Below, in pieces: positions 51,501 through 64,000 of a stretch of 64,000 nt of DNA. The stretch is from positions 124,001 through 188,000 of the forward strand of contig NW_026861130.1 in assembly GCF_026571515.1 (NCBI RefSeq). Reading direction: 5' to 3'. The stretch's first letter is position 1. Every line of letters starts with the position of its first letter. The stretch is from Ruditapes philippinarum (Eukaryota). The notes beneath the pieces are model-generated. The model saw only the letters and a list, made by a program, of their open reading frames with translations. It made no database searches and had not been told where the DNA came from. Both the position numbers and the translations under genes were made by a program.

Positions 51501-54500
51501 TTAAAACTTATAGATCTCTAAACTGTGTCTTAACATTGAGTCAGCACAAGTGTAACTTGTGGGTTTCTGCACATCCCCTTTTTCAGGTGGACATTTGAGC
51601 ACAGATTATGGTAAAAGCTTTATACAGCAGACACATGAAGACAGAGGCAAAGACTAAAAGATGTGACAAAGAGACTATCCCACCACCTCCATTTATGTGC
51701 TTTTGTAGTATGAAAATAAGGTTTGGTGTATGTGCTTGGGGTATAAAAATAAGGTTTAAAGGAGAACTTGATTATTTTCTAATTTGGAAATTGATTATCT
51801 GATGTTACATTACATTTTCTTTATTGCTTTTTTCTTTATTGTAAGATCATAAGATAATACTAAAGTGATCTTAAATATATTTTTTCAAACCAATAAAGTG
51901 CAATGTACCTTTAGCTCTTGAAGAACTCCATGGTATTTATTAACAATAGCTGTATCTAAGGCCAATGCGAAATCTTCATACACTTTTAGCTCTTCTTGTG
52001 TGAGGAAATCTTTCTTCTGCATAAGATGGCGGATTATTGACTTACGAGTTACTTGAATAAACCTTTCCCTGCAAAACCATTAAAAAACATGTTCACAGCT
52101 CAATTTATCCATTGATCTTTAAAATAGATAAAACTGAAATAACTCTTTAAAAGGCCTGCCAATACTAGCTGCACTTAAAAGATAATGAAATTTTTTATCT
52201 AAACTTTCAGATAATTTTTGATACTGCAGTCATATAATATAACCTGTAAGAATTTTCAGATAAATTATGATACTGCAATTGTTAAAACTGTAAATGTACA
52301 TGGAGTAATGGGGTTCACAGGGTAATATATGATAATGACATATATGGTAATGACATTGTCACAAACATGAAATAATTTTGTACACAGGGTAATGTTGATC
52401 TATGGTAATGATGTATATAAAGTAATGGTGCACATATGGTAATGGTGTATATATGTGGTTTATGTTTTACCTGTAGTTATCTTCCTCTTCTGGTAACAAT
52501 GACTCTCTATCTTTACTCTGTACAAGAGTTGACAAACTTGCTTGTGCTTTCTCTATATGTGGAGTGGCCTTCATTACCACAGCATTGCTTGCTCTTAAAC
52601 AATAGGAAGTTGATAAATTACAACACTGTATTATACTTAATAACAAAATTGTATTAAGAGATTAAAACTACTCAGTATTAAATGTGTGTAACTTAACTCG
52701 ATTAATACAACTTTTTAAAGACACTTTCATATGAAATGCTGACACAAGTTTAATGATATACAGCCTTTACATAATTGATTATCCCTGAAAGTCATTGTAC
52801 GCCATTTAAGACCAACTGATTTTAGTGAATGTGTTAAATTCATCACCATTTAATGGTCTGTGTAATTAATCAGACATCATAAAAATGGGAATAATATTAC
52901 TGGCTAGTATACAACATGTACAGGCATTCAATTTATAAAACGAATATATCTACAAGCTGAGTGAAAATCTACAACAACTTTTCTGCTGTCTTTCAACAAG
53001 TTACAACTGATTATTTATAGAATGCCCTTGTAAAATATCGCTAGTCCCTGAAATCATTAATCTATCACTTTTTTATGGAAAAGGTGGACCAAACATACAT
53101 TCAGGCAGTATGTGTCAGCAATGAACAATTAATGTTTTTGAGCCTGAATCCTATTAAATAACATGCTTGAGTTTCTGCACTTTGTTTATGTTTAATATAC
53201 TATTTATTAAACTGAAATATCGTCCAAGACATGTGTAACAACCCCCTCCCAATCTCTTACAACAAATGGCATGCCCAGGAAAGCTATCAAAAAATTATGG
53301 CATGCATGACACCAGAACATTTCTTATTCATGAAATAACATTGTAAAGTTTTGACTATCATACCTCTCAGCATATGGTCTTGCAGCAGAAACAAGATATC
53401 TTGACGTCTTTTTCAATGGTGGTCCCATCTTCTTTGCTACATATTTTGAAGACTTGACAATAGGCGGCCCAACCCTTGAAACTACCATCTTTGAAGTGGG
53501 TAATATCTGTAAGTAAAATTAATAACTTTTGAACACATGTACATAAAAATTGCTAAATTTTAATTTTTCAATAAGATCTTACTACATGTATAATGCAAGT
53601 TTTTATTGATCTATACGATGAGTACATGTATATCAATATGTACAATAAATGAATAGTATTTTGAATAACTTTCATGCTCTTATGTAAAATGACACTAAAG
53701 ATATGGACTAATTATAATCATATATCTGTTCAAACAGATGACTCCTTCACAAATACTGAGAAATTGCCAAATGACTATGAAATGATTAGAAAAATGATAA
53801 TTTGACCAAAACAAATGATTTTCTGAATAATTTATTGAACAATCCTTGGGCCGTCCTTAAAAAAATGTTTGTTTGCAGTAACCCGACCCAGAATTTTCAA
53901 GGTGGGTAGGTAGGTCGATTTATTTATTTATTTTTTTTTTTATTGAACTGTACTCCCATATAAACATGGAATTTCAAAATGCTGGACAATATAATTTTAT
54001 GCTTTGATAATCTGGTAACAATTAATAAATTGATAACTGAATTCTAATTTAATAAGAACTACATTTTATTTCTTCTATTAACCTTTAAAAGAACAAAAAC
54101 AAAGCATAAGGCATAATTTTCTGATTCAAAAAAAAATTTTTTTTTATCCAGACCATGAAAAAAAATTTGAGTACGGGCAAATTTTGTGAGTCTGTCGCGT
54201 TACTGCAAACAAACATTTTTTTAAGAATGGCCCTGTATAGAATTTTCAAACAAGAGCACTGCATGAGGTGTTAATGCTAAAAAAAAATCCAAAAATAAAG
54301 TTTTTTGTATGTTGACCCTTGTAATCCATGTTTCAAAGCAATGTCTCATTACGTTCAGAGCAGAATTTGAGAAAAGGAGTGGTACAAAACACTAAAAAGA
54401 AACTTTAATTTATTAAAAGGGGAATAATTTTGTCAAAAGCATGACTGAGTAATTTCCTCTTGCCTGACAGTGTATCTGATGCTAATAAAGGTATACAAGG

Positions 54501-55509
54501 TTTTTAAACAATACTGCAAAGGGTTCACTTTACTGTCATGTGTGCATGATTTAATTTTTTTTCAAAAAAGACTCTTACCATAAGCCCAAAAATCAATTTT
54601 ATAGGCATTGGGAACTTAGGATATCATTTGGGAAAAACTGGCAATTTTTTCTATGGGTCTGTTTATCAGGTAAAATGTACTGGGTTTATTGTATTCTAAA
54701 TAAAATGAAAATGTATTATACTATACAAGAAATAAAATTAACCTACTGTGGAAAAATTTGCTGCATGGATTGCCTGAAAAAATTGACAAGAAACTTGTGA
54801 AACATTACAAATCTATTCATTATCTAAACGGCTTATCTAAATAAATGTACATGTATTGATAATATCTGTCATGTTGCAGTTCGGATCGGAATATTCATCC
54901 CAAAGAGACCGCCCATAGTAAAATACCTTCATTTACTTACATTGAAAATTTTATGATTGTTATTAAATCAGACGGACTTTCCCCATCAGAGGGAGCACCT
55001 AATTTCATATTAATGCTGGTGTATTGTCAAGTGGGCCATTGTACCCAATGTCCTAGCAGGCTTGTCACAAACTGCCAGAAAAATTTGCGATACCTAAAAA
55101 ACCTAATTTGGCCATTATCAAGGCTTTGAACGAAACGATAATTCCAGAGAATAGCATATTTTTATGTGACATGTGTTCACATTGGACACTAGTTGACCTA
55201 TTAAACTAACAAATCTAAAATAAACAACAAAGTGATCAGCAAAAATATATTTTAATTAATTTTTGATAAATCACAAAAAACAAAATGAAATGCAGTAGAA
55301 TTCGGATGTATCCGAATTAAGACTTAATGACCGATTTGAGCGTTATATGTAAAGAAAGAAAGACGTAATAACATAAAGCGGATGGCAGACGTGACACTTA
55401 GGTTTCAATAAGTCTTCAAAATTTCGAATAGTAGCTAATGCACCTTCTGTTTAGTGAATTGCAACGTTTTCTGTTGTATTTCACCGGCCTTCCGGATAAG
55501 GGCCGCCAT
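48550..55509 (-). CDS. TMEM143: Transmembrane protein 143 (DUF3754 family), seven coding exons, ~541 aa
   Basis: Exons 55509-55444, 53506-53364, 52593-52471, 52068-51909, 51285-51091, 50444-49823, 48866-48550, all GT-AG and phase-consistent (1626 nt). Motifs YRERFI, FDPLNPD, QKANF..L, FWALG, LKSFKEIP, LYFKNVANNRGLL...RAEDESFKEALL.Y. Start codon lies within a YY1-type AAGATGGCGGC. Confidence 0.9.
50842..51026. mobile_element. hAT-like MITE (17-bp TIR CAGTGTCTATTCTAGGA)
   Basis: Perfect TIRs at both ends; flanks CACTAG / AACTAG. Confidence 0.8.
52315..52455. repeat. Degenerate ~17-bp minisatellite (ATATGGTAATG core) in a TMEM143 intron
   Basis: Repeated ggtaatg...atat units. Confidence 0.6.
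53848..54233. mobile_element. MITE with GGGCC termini (PIF/Harbinger-like)
   Basis: GGGCCGTCCTTAAAAAAATGTTTGTTTGCAGTAAC ... GTTACTGCAAACAAACATTTTTTTAAGAATGGCCC. Confidence 0.8.
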
Positions 55510-56560
55510 CTTGGATAACCTTGACTTCACTTGATTTTTGTCGTTTTAAAATATTTAATCTTCAGACTTTTGAAAATAAATACGTCTAATATTTCATTAC
55601 AAAACATTTCATTCTTTATTATTTCATTCATACAAATCATTTTATAACAACAAAAATACATTTTTAATGCATTATATCAAAAATAAATCTTATTTTCATA
55701 GGCCCGATCTTATTTTCGCTAGAACAGCGATTTGACTATTTTTTTTATATGTATGTATTTTCTGCTCAAACTGCAACTTTTTTTTAGATAATTCTTTAAT
55801 TTGGTTCTGAAATTTTTATTTGCTGTAAAACCATCCAAAGAATGGATAAATATATAACTAACATAATTATTCAAACAGATGAATGCACTTTTTCAAAAAT
55901 AAATCTTATTTTCATACTCATAGCGCGATCTTATTTTCGTGAAAATAGCATATTTTATTATTATTTTATCATGTACTAATTGACCAAAGACAATGGATAT
56001 ATATTGTTGTTTTTGCCCTAAAAAAGGCTCATATCACAAAGTTATTAGTAATTAAGCAAATTCTTTATTTTCTATTTTATTTTTATATATGTAATTTATA
56101 CTAATTTCAATTTAAGTGAAAGTGATATAACTAATTGTAGAATAATCTTTCTATTGAAGTGTGTGAACCTTTGTGTGAATTTTCCTTTGATATATATTAA
56201 GTATATCATCTCTTTCACACTTCCTTTGTGCCTTTGACAGTATCTTGTTTAATGAATTGAATTTAGAAAGCAAAACATGAATACAAACTGAACTGGCAAC
56301 ACATAGCATGTGATACCGGTAAGTTTACTTAATAATTTGTTAGCAACATTTTTTAAGTAGGGAAAATACAAATTGTTCTTTTTTTATTAATTATTACAAT
56401 AAATGGATAAATAATTCATTCATAATTCCTTCATTCATTCATTTATATTCTTTTATATTCATACTGGAACATACGTTATAGTACATCCCAGGTTATTTCT
56501 TTTCAAACAATAATATTTATTTATTTATTTTTCATACAATATTATTTATTTATTTATTTT

Positions 56561-59500
56561 ACAGAACAGAACAGAACAGAAATTTTATTTGAATCTAACT
56601 TGAACATTTACAGTTCATCGTTACATACAACAAATTTTACATGCACATAGTAATAATGTAAATATCATATTATAAACATGCAAACAACATTACATATTTC
56701 ATCAGATCATAACAAAGAATTTAATTCATTTGTTCTTAATTTAAAAGCATTTCTGCAAAACAGAGCCAATTTGTTTAAGACCTTTACATTTGTAGAATTC
56801 AACAATTGTGTGAGTTTGAGCATACTCGGGTGTCTATGATAATACCTAGGAATATACTGATTTCTAAGTAAAGCATACATTGGACATATTAAAATAAAAT
56901 GGTATTCGTCTTCAATATCATTACATTGGCACAGTGTACATTTTCTATCGTTTCTATCTATATTTCTATGTCTACCAGTTTCAATATGTAGGTCATGTGA
57001 AGATAAACGTATTTTAGCTAAAATATTTCTTAAACTACGACATTTCATTTTATTTATATATTCGGACCTTTCAAAATCTGGCTTTAATTCTTTAAATAAA
57101 AACAAAGATGACTTTGAACAAATATCTTGTCTCCAATTATTTATATACATGTCAATAATTCTAGTACGAAAAATAGGAACAAACATATTAATATTTACCG
57201 AAGAAGGATACATCCATACTTCGTGAAAACCGGTGTTTTGTAGTAAATCTCGGACTTTAGATGCCCAGTTCACAAAGTTACAATTTTCAGCTTCGTATCT
57301 TAAAGTGTTCATTGTGCTTGATAAAATACAGTTATAATCCTTTTCAACATACAACTTTAGGAAATATTTAACAATTCTAACTTGTCTAACTACATATAAT
57401 GGATATCTACCCAATTCACCATATAATGCAGAATTAGCAGTAGACATTTTAACATTGAGTATCCATTTCATGAATTTTCTATGTATTCGTTCAATATTTT
57501 CCGCTTTTTCAAACCCCCATACTTCACAAGAATAATTCAATATAGATGCAACATATGAATCGAATAAATTTAACATAATATTTACAGGAACTTCAATGCA
57601 TTTTGTAATACTAAATAATGAGCCCATAGCTTTAAGAGCTTTATCAGCTAATGTTTTTGTTGCTGTCTTAAAAGATCCACCACTAGATAACACAATACCT
57701 AAGTAATTAAAACTTGAAACAAATTCCAATTCTTCCCCGTCGTAATAAATATGTTCATTTACATTGGCCATTCCACCTTTTTAAATACAAGAACCTTCGT
57801 TTTATTAACATTTACTTTTAATTGCCATTTATTACAATAGTCTTTTAAATTATGTAATGAAGTTTGAAGCCCATGCGCCGTCTCTGAGAAAATGACTGCA
57901 TCGTCGGCAAAAAGTAGTAGGTATATAGAAAGTTGCTCTAATGTCAAACAAGAACTATCATCTTTTTGTAAAAACAACTCAATATCATTTACGAATAATG
58001 AGAAAAGTATCGGAGAAATTATCTCCCCTTGCAATAATCCAACATCACATTTGAAAAAATCAGACAAGGAATCCATATGACGTACACATAATTTAACATC
58101 TTCATACAGAGACCTGATTACACAAAATAAGCGTCCATTTACACCATGATTTATCAATTTTACCCATAAGGCATTTCTGTAAATAGAATCAATGCATTTC
58201 ATAAGATCAACAAAACAGCAATATAATTTCTTTTTTTGTTTTAATTGTCGTTCTATAAAAGCATGAAGGAGAAATATAGCGTCTACTGTGATATAGTTAC
58301 ATTTAAAACCAAATTGTGCATCAGTGAGTATATCATTAATATCAGCCCACTTTTTTAAACGCTCATTAATAACAACAGTAAATAATTTTGCAAAACAGCT
58401 GATTAATGTTATACCTCTATAATAAGTAGGTTCACTAGAATCACCTTTTTTAAAAACAGGTATAACAACTCCCTGTGACCATGATTTGGGAAAACAACCC
58501 GTATCTAAAATATAATTGAACAATATTTCTAAAGGTTTGTCTAAAATATCTATACCTTCTTTGAAATACTCGTACATAATGTGGTCAAAAGAGCTAGCTT
58601 TATTTGTTCCTAGTTTTTTGATAGCTTTTCTTATTTCATCAGTCGTAAAAGGTACATCAAGCTCCTCAAAAGTAGAGTTAGAATTTGCATTTTCATCAAA
58701 AATATGTAAAAAATTTTCAATTTCGTCATCTTCCGTAACAGAAAATTCAGATGCTAAGTTCTTAAAATGATTATAAAAATCATCCAAATCTATGTTTTCA
58801 TCAGACACGGTTGATTTACTTTGACGAAACATCCTCCAAAATTCTTTTGGCTTTTTGTTTCTCAATTCATTCATTTTTGCAGCTTGTTTTCTGTCAAAGT
58901 TCCGTTTTACTTTTCTACAATGATATTTATAATCCTTCTTTTTTAAATATAATAATTCTCTATTTTCTACAGATTTGTTAGCATTAAATTCTAATACAGC
59001 ATTTTTATATACAGTATACTTTTGTTTACAGCTTTCATCGAACCATTTATTCGTTTTATTATCGTTGAAACATGCGTTAACAGTTGCCTTACAACAAGTT
59101 TCAAAATACGCATTACCTCTTTCAGATAAATATGTTGTAAAAATATTAACCATTTCATCTGGATTCTGGTTATTTTGCTTGGATTCATTTAAGTTTTGGC
59201 AAAGCATTTCTATGTCTCGCGAAATATCGTTTACAAATTCCGTCCTATATTCTGGATTCCATTTATAAATCGTGCGTTTACGCGGATTCGTTACGACTGG
59301 CACGGTCCTTACTTTCACCGAGAATGAAATCGGGGCGTGATTTGAGTGGGCGGTCAAATCATGAACACGAAACTCTGAAATATTTTCAAAATTGCATGCT
59401 TTTGTTAACAAATAATCCACTACACTATTCCCGTTATACGTATAACAAGTAGGTTTCCCGAGATTCGCGTCGCTATCCAACCGTCCGTTTACAATGCGTA

Positions 59501-60315
59501 TATCGGTAGATTTACAAAGATCAAGTAATTGCTCCCCAAACCGGTTTGTACCACGATCAGCCGTCGTCCGCGGAATAAATGTATCCATAGCCAAATAATC
59601 ATGATCATATAACAATATATCATAATTTATACAGTCAGATTTTGAACCAATTCTCGAGTTTGTATCTCCGCACACATATACCATTCCTTTATTTTCGTAA
59701 CAATTTATATCATTCTCTAATTTTCTAAATATATCAGTATCATATAGATTATGAACAGGTGAACTTTCTGGGGCAATATATATGGAACATAGATAGATAT
59801 CTTCTGGTACCTGGAAAAAATATTTATCCAGTTTCAACCACATAATACAATCAATGTCATTTCTGACTAGTTTAACACCTTTTATGATCGACCTTTTTAC
59901 ATACGCTAAAATGCCCCCACTGCTCCGTCTGGCTCGTTTATTCTGAAATTTTCTATAAGAGTGAAAAAGTTTATACCCACTTAGTTCTATTTTTGATGTT
60001 TTATTAGTCCAGGTTTCACTTAAAAATATGATGTCATAATTACCAATAAAGTTTGTAAAGTCAGTGTTATTTTTCTTTAATTGAGAAAGTCCTTCAATAT
60101 TCCACGCTACACACCGTATCTCTGCTCTGTGACGATCCTAGCCGGAACCGGAAGTCGCCCCTTCCCTGTACAAATGTCCGTCAATGTACAGCTTGTCTGC
60201 TGCGAGATACGCTTCCTTCCCGGCTTTCCGTGCGTCGAGCATGACCGGAACTAGTTTTCGTCGGCGTTCCATGACTTCTACCGGAAATTGCTGACTGATG
60301 CCAAAAGGCATACAC
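56561..60315 (-). mobile_element. 5'-truncated non-LTR retrotransposon (RTEX-like): ORF1 C-terminus, ORF2 with APE endonuclease, RT and CCHC; one frameshift
   Basis: APE motifs WNIEGL, FLSETW, GDTN, DYLL, SNH; RT motifs YRGITL, QFGF, GLLQG, LFADD, YLG; C-terminal IETGR...CTLC...EDEYHF...CP. A 1-bp deletion in an A-run near 57780 splits ORFs 57759-59843 and 56707-57771. AATAAA and a (TTCTG)n tail; ~20-bp flanking duplication TATTATTTATTTATTwATTT from 56540 and from 60316. Confidence 0.93.
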
Positions 60316-60634
60316 TATTATTTATTTATTAATTTATTTCATTTTCATACAATTATACCTTTTTAATCCAATTATCTAATCAATTATGAGATAACTGCTT
60401 AATAAACAACCAATAAACAAGTTGAATAAACAAGCTGACATGCAATAAACACTTAATAATGGATATGTGCTTTGTATAACAGTGGGCAATACGATGATCT
60501 TGAATTAAGATCTTCATCTATGCAGATATAGACCAACTGAGAAGCAAATGTCACCAATTTCAACAACACTTTAAAGAAACTTACACAAAAATTAGCCATA
60601 TCAACACTATGTGGGCAGACAAAAAGACAATCTC

Positions 60635-61890
60635 CTGAAAGTCCTAGACTCCTGTGTGCCATCCAAATCCAATCAGACAACCATATAACATCCATGGACA
60701 CATCTTAGAAGAAGTAGATACAGCAAAATATTTAGGCCTCAACTTCCAAAAGTCACTAAACTGGAACCATCACATTGACCTCACTACAAAGAAAGCCAAC
60801 AATGCCACATCCTTTCTACAGAGAAACATCCATCAATGCCCAAGAAGGACCAAAAAGCTCTGCTATATGACCCTCGTGGGACATCTGGTGGAATACTCCA
60901 CTATCATCTGGGACCCTTTCACTGAGGCAAATATCTGGAAACTGGAGAAAGTGCAGCGCCGAGCGGCAAGAATGGTTTTCTCAGACTACAGAAGAACCAG
61001 CAGTGTGACACCGATGCTGCAACACTTACAGTGGCCTACCCTCCGAGAACGCAGAGCCCATTGTAAGGTGACCATGATGTACTGCATAGTAAATGGCCTA
61101 GTTGAAGTCCCTACATCCAACCTCACCCGAATCATCTCTGCTCGAGGACATGGACTTCACTACCTGGTACCATTTGCAAGGACCCAGTGCTACCAGCGAT
61201 CCCTCTTCCCAGACACCATCCGCCTCTGGAACAGTCTTCCCCAGACAGTTGTAAGCTGTACAACCATAGACAGCTTCAAGAGGGAAGTACTACCACTCAC
61301 TCTCCGATAGACAGTCAGGTGTTTTTACATTTTAAGAATATGTTGCCTGCTTTTTAAATTTGCCTTTTGACTTCTTATCTGTGATATGCAGGCTTCATAA
61401 CCTCTGATCCCCTTTCAAAATTTCATTTTAATTAGTTCCGCCCATTGTTTTCTCGTTTAGGGCACACGCTTTTTATTACTTGGGGACCATACGCCGCTTT
61501 TCATGGAGTGGCACGGAAGTGTCACATTGAAGGTTCCATGATAACCGCCGTATGAACACATCTGCGGATGTTTCTAAATTCAAAATTTTACTATTTCATG
61601 TTTAAATGTTGAATTCTGCTTAAGCCGGTGCTAGGGGGCGTGGACGGTAACTTGCACTTTCCAGTACCGTCCATAACCAGGCTCAATCAAACCGAGCCTG
61701 CAACATTTTCAATTTTGTCGTGTTGGGCTTTCTTTAGGGATTCTGTATTTATCTATTTTTACCAGCACAGTACATAGTACATTTTCAATCACTTTTGTAC
61801 ATACATAGATACTTCTCACACCGCGCTGCGCTAGTACGAGTATATGCCGGAAGGTGTCTGTACTATATTGGAAGAAGGAGAAGAAGGAGT
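60635..61890 (+). mobile_element. 5'-truncated CR1-group LINE (ORF2 C-terminus, 3' UTR and GAA-rich tail), probably with another insertion in the UTR
   Basis: ORF 60654-61310 with KYLG...L.W..HI...KKAN, EYS.IIWDP, LEKVQRRAAR, TIRLWNSLP; putative tail GTACTATATTGGAAGAAGGAGAAGAAG at ~61860-61890. Confidence 0.8.
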
Positions 61891-62271
61891 TCTTGGAGAA
61901 AGTGGGTGAATTTATGGACATTTATATGAATGTGGTTTTTAGAACCAGTAAAATGTTATGTTTTATTGCATGTTATATGTAAATGATTTAAAGAAATTAT
62001 TACATGTGTAATTACATGTCTTATTTGTTTTTGAATTATTTACTTAACAAATATTTACTCTTAGAAATGTCTGTAATTTTAAATTGTCCTTAAAATTATA
62101 AATCAAATTATACTAAAAATAATTAAAATAATCACATGATATATAAAAGCATTATATTGTTGGCTTATTTTATAAAAAAAATGATGAGGGGTGAAGTGTC
62201 TTACTGATTTTGGGGCGTAAAGTGTCTTGAGGGGTTAAGTGTCTTCAAAATTTGAGGGGTGAAGTGTCTGC

Positions 62272-62419
62272 CACAGGAACTTGAAATTCTATCAATATTA
62301 ATGATAATATCCAAAATATACCCACTAGGCCTATACAGTATAAATAGCGTTTATTTATAGTATATAGGGGGTATATTTGGATATTATCATTAATATTGAT
62401 AGAATTTCAAGTTCCTGTG
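62272..62419. mobile_element. 148-bp foldback MITE with CACAG...CTGTG termini
   Basis: ~50-bp near-perfect arms CACAGGAACTTGAAATTCTATCAATATTAATGATAATATCCAAA; embedded in short GAGGGGTGAAGTGTCT repeats. Confidence 0.85.
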
Positions 62420-62827
62420 TGTCTTGCTACCTTAATTTTATTTTTGGGCTATATGTATCCTAGCTTTTCAAGCAAGACCAATATTTGGTCTTCGGTACCG
62501 TTTTGAAATTATATATGTTTTTATGTTAAGATTCTTTTTTGTTGAACTGAATGTAGATATATCATAGTTTTTGTTTAATCAATTAATTTTGTTTTATCAA
62601 GGTCTGGGAGCTCAGTCGGTCAAATTATTGAGAATTCTAAATCATTCAAGGTTATAACAAATAATCAAGTACACAGTTTACGACTTTGATCATTATTATG
62701 AAAACGCACATTAGATTTAGTTAGCGCATAAAGTCTACTTACTGTACGATAAATTTACACGAGAAAATCAAAAAATAAACATAGGTGATGAAAATAGAAC
62801 GAAAAAACTAGAATCTGAAAAGAAAAA

Positions 62828-63451
62828 ATGAGTCTTTCTTGCAGATTTCATATCCCAAAAACGTCGACAGTTACAAATCTTTTATTTAATCGACCAGCAA
62901 TATGTGCTTTTCACAGGCTTTGGTTGAGCACAGAAAGTGAAGGTGGTGGAGAATCTAACTTGCCAGAGAAAGGGCAATACATTCCGCGAAGGATAAGAAG
63001 ACGTTTAGAACAGAAAGGTCTCAGTATTGATGATCTAGAATATAGACCTGAAGGACGAAAGTCCTCTTATATTGAACTTAAACAAGCATTAGAGAATTCA
63101 GTTGTTGACAGACGGATTGAAATCGATTTTCCTTCAGATGTTGAAAGAAGGAAGGAACTCCGCAAACAAGAGAAACATGCATACAGACCTCCCGATATAA
63201 AACCAAATGAAACCTCTATTTTGTTATTCCCAGGACAAGGTAGTCAGTTTGTTGGCATGGGTAAAAAACTTTTACCATTTCCCGGTGTTGAAGATTTATA
63301 CAGAAAAGCAAGTGAAATATTAGGATATGACTTGTTGAAAATGTGTCTTGGTGGTCCTAAAGATATGCTAGATAAAACATTATATTGCCAACCAGCAGTT
63401 GTGGTAACCTCACTAGCAGCAATGGAAAGATTGAGAGAGGAATTTCCAAAG
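62828..63451 (+). CDS. MCAT: Mitochondrial malonyl-CoA:ACP transacylase (FabD family), first coding exon (3' partial)
   Basis: LFPGQGSQFVGMG, ASEILGYDLLKMCL.GP...L.KT..CQPAV.V.SLAA; presequence-like N-terminus; donor AAG|GTTATT after 63451 (phase 0). Confidence 0.92.
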
Positions 63452-63624
63452 GTTATTTGATGATTTGATTAAAATTTACAACTTTATCAAAACTGTATGA
63501 GTAAAGAATGATCAAATATGATTAAAGGAATATAGACAAAAATGATTGCTTGATACTTACTAATGATAAGGAAGTCGGTTATTTTTATTGTTACTGTCAA
63601 GGATAGATAAAATCATTCATCTAA

Positions 63625-63861
63625 CAGTGTAAGAAATTTGGATTTGAATCAACTAGGCTGGTCGGACTACCAGATTGGAATATTCACTAGCCCAAAAGAC
63701 ATTTCACTAGCACGATTCATTTGTTCAAAACAGTTGTTTATATATTGCCTCTGAAAATACAGTAGCCTGGTCGTGCTTGTTACTGTGAAAAGTAAAGTTG
63801 GTAGCCCGAGGAGAAATTTAGTAGTCAGGGGCTATCAGACTACTGCTAATTTCGAACACTG
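63625..63861. mobile_element. hAT-like MITE in MCAT intron 1
   Basis: Imperfect TIR CAGTGTAAGAAATT / AATTTCGAACACTG; ATCTAA duplicated on both sides. Confidence 0.65.
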
Positions 63862-64000
63862 ATCTAAAGTTTCTAAAATGCGGTTATTTTATAACATCAA
63901 TAAACCAAATGAAGCTAGGAATATTACTTCTACATTGTATGCTCAATGTAGTTCAACATATTTTTTTATCAATTTTCTTCTTTTTTATTGGCATGTTAGA

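Noticed and set aside
56707-59843. Two separate genes of 694 and 354 aa
   Set aside because: One LINE ORF2 broken by a 1-bp deletion in an A-run (expected VFKKGG).
1561-63451. Functional cluster of mitochondrial genes (TK2, TMEM143, MCAT)
   Set aside because: Different pathways, separated by unrelated genes; no evidence beyond coincidence without synteny data.

Overview
AT-rich eukaryotic (metazoan) genomic DNA, most likely a bivalve mollusc, judged from the inducible-type HSP70 signature and the repeat families. It contains two N gaps (9590-9736, 21280-21475). Genes from left to right: the last three exons of a TK2/deoxynucleoside kinase (+); two near-identical intronless HSP70 genes transcribed away from each other (6793-8712 -, 18256-20175 +), enclosing a gene with an N-terminal B-box-like finger and a C-terminal RING-H2; a two-exon 7TM PRRT3/4-like gene; a seven-exon TMEM143 (-); and exon 1 of mitochondrial MCAT (+). 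Non-genic content: a Helentron-type element carrying a ~163-bp satellite, SINEs, several MITEs, LINE remnants, a decaying three-copy tandem duplication (~29.9-45.7 kb) with a 16-bp minisatellite in each copy, and a young RTEX-like LINE whose ORF2 has no AUG and directly follows the ORF1 UAG in frame. No CRISPR, rRNA or true tRNA genes were seen. Best leads: the HSP70 / B-box-RING / HSP70 module with shared promoter footprints, the in-frame ORF1-UAG-ORF2 junction, and a possible unannotated microprotein/lncRNA locus at 27-29.7 kb. All calls were made by eye, without database searches.
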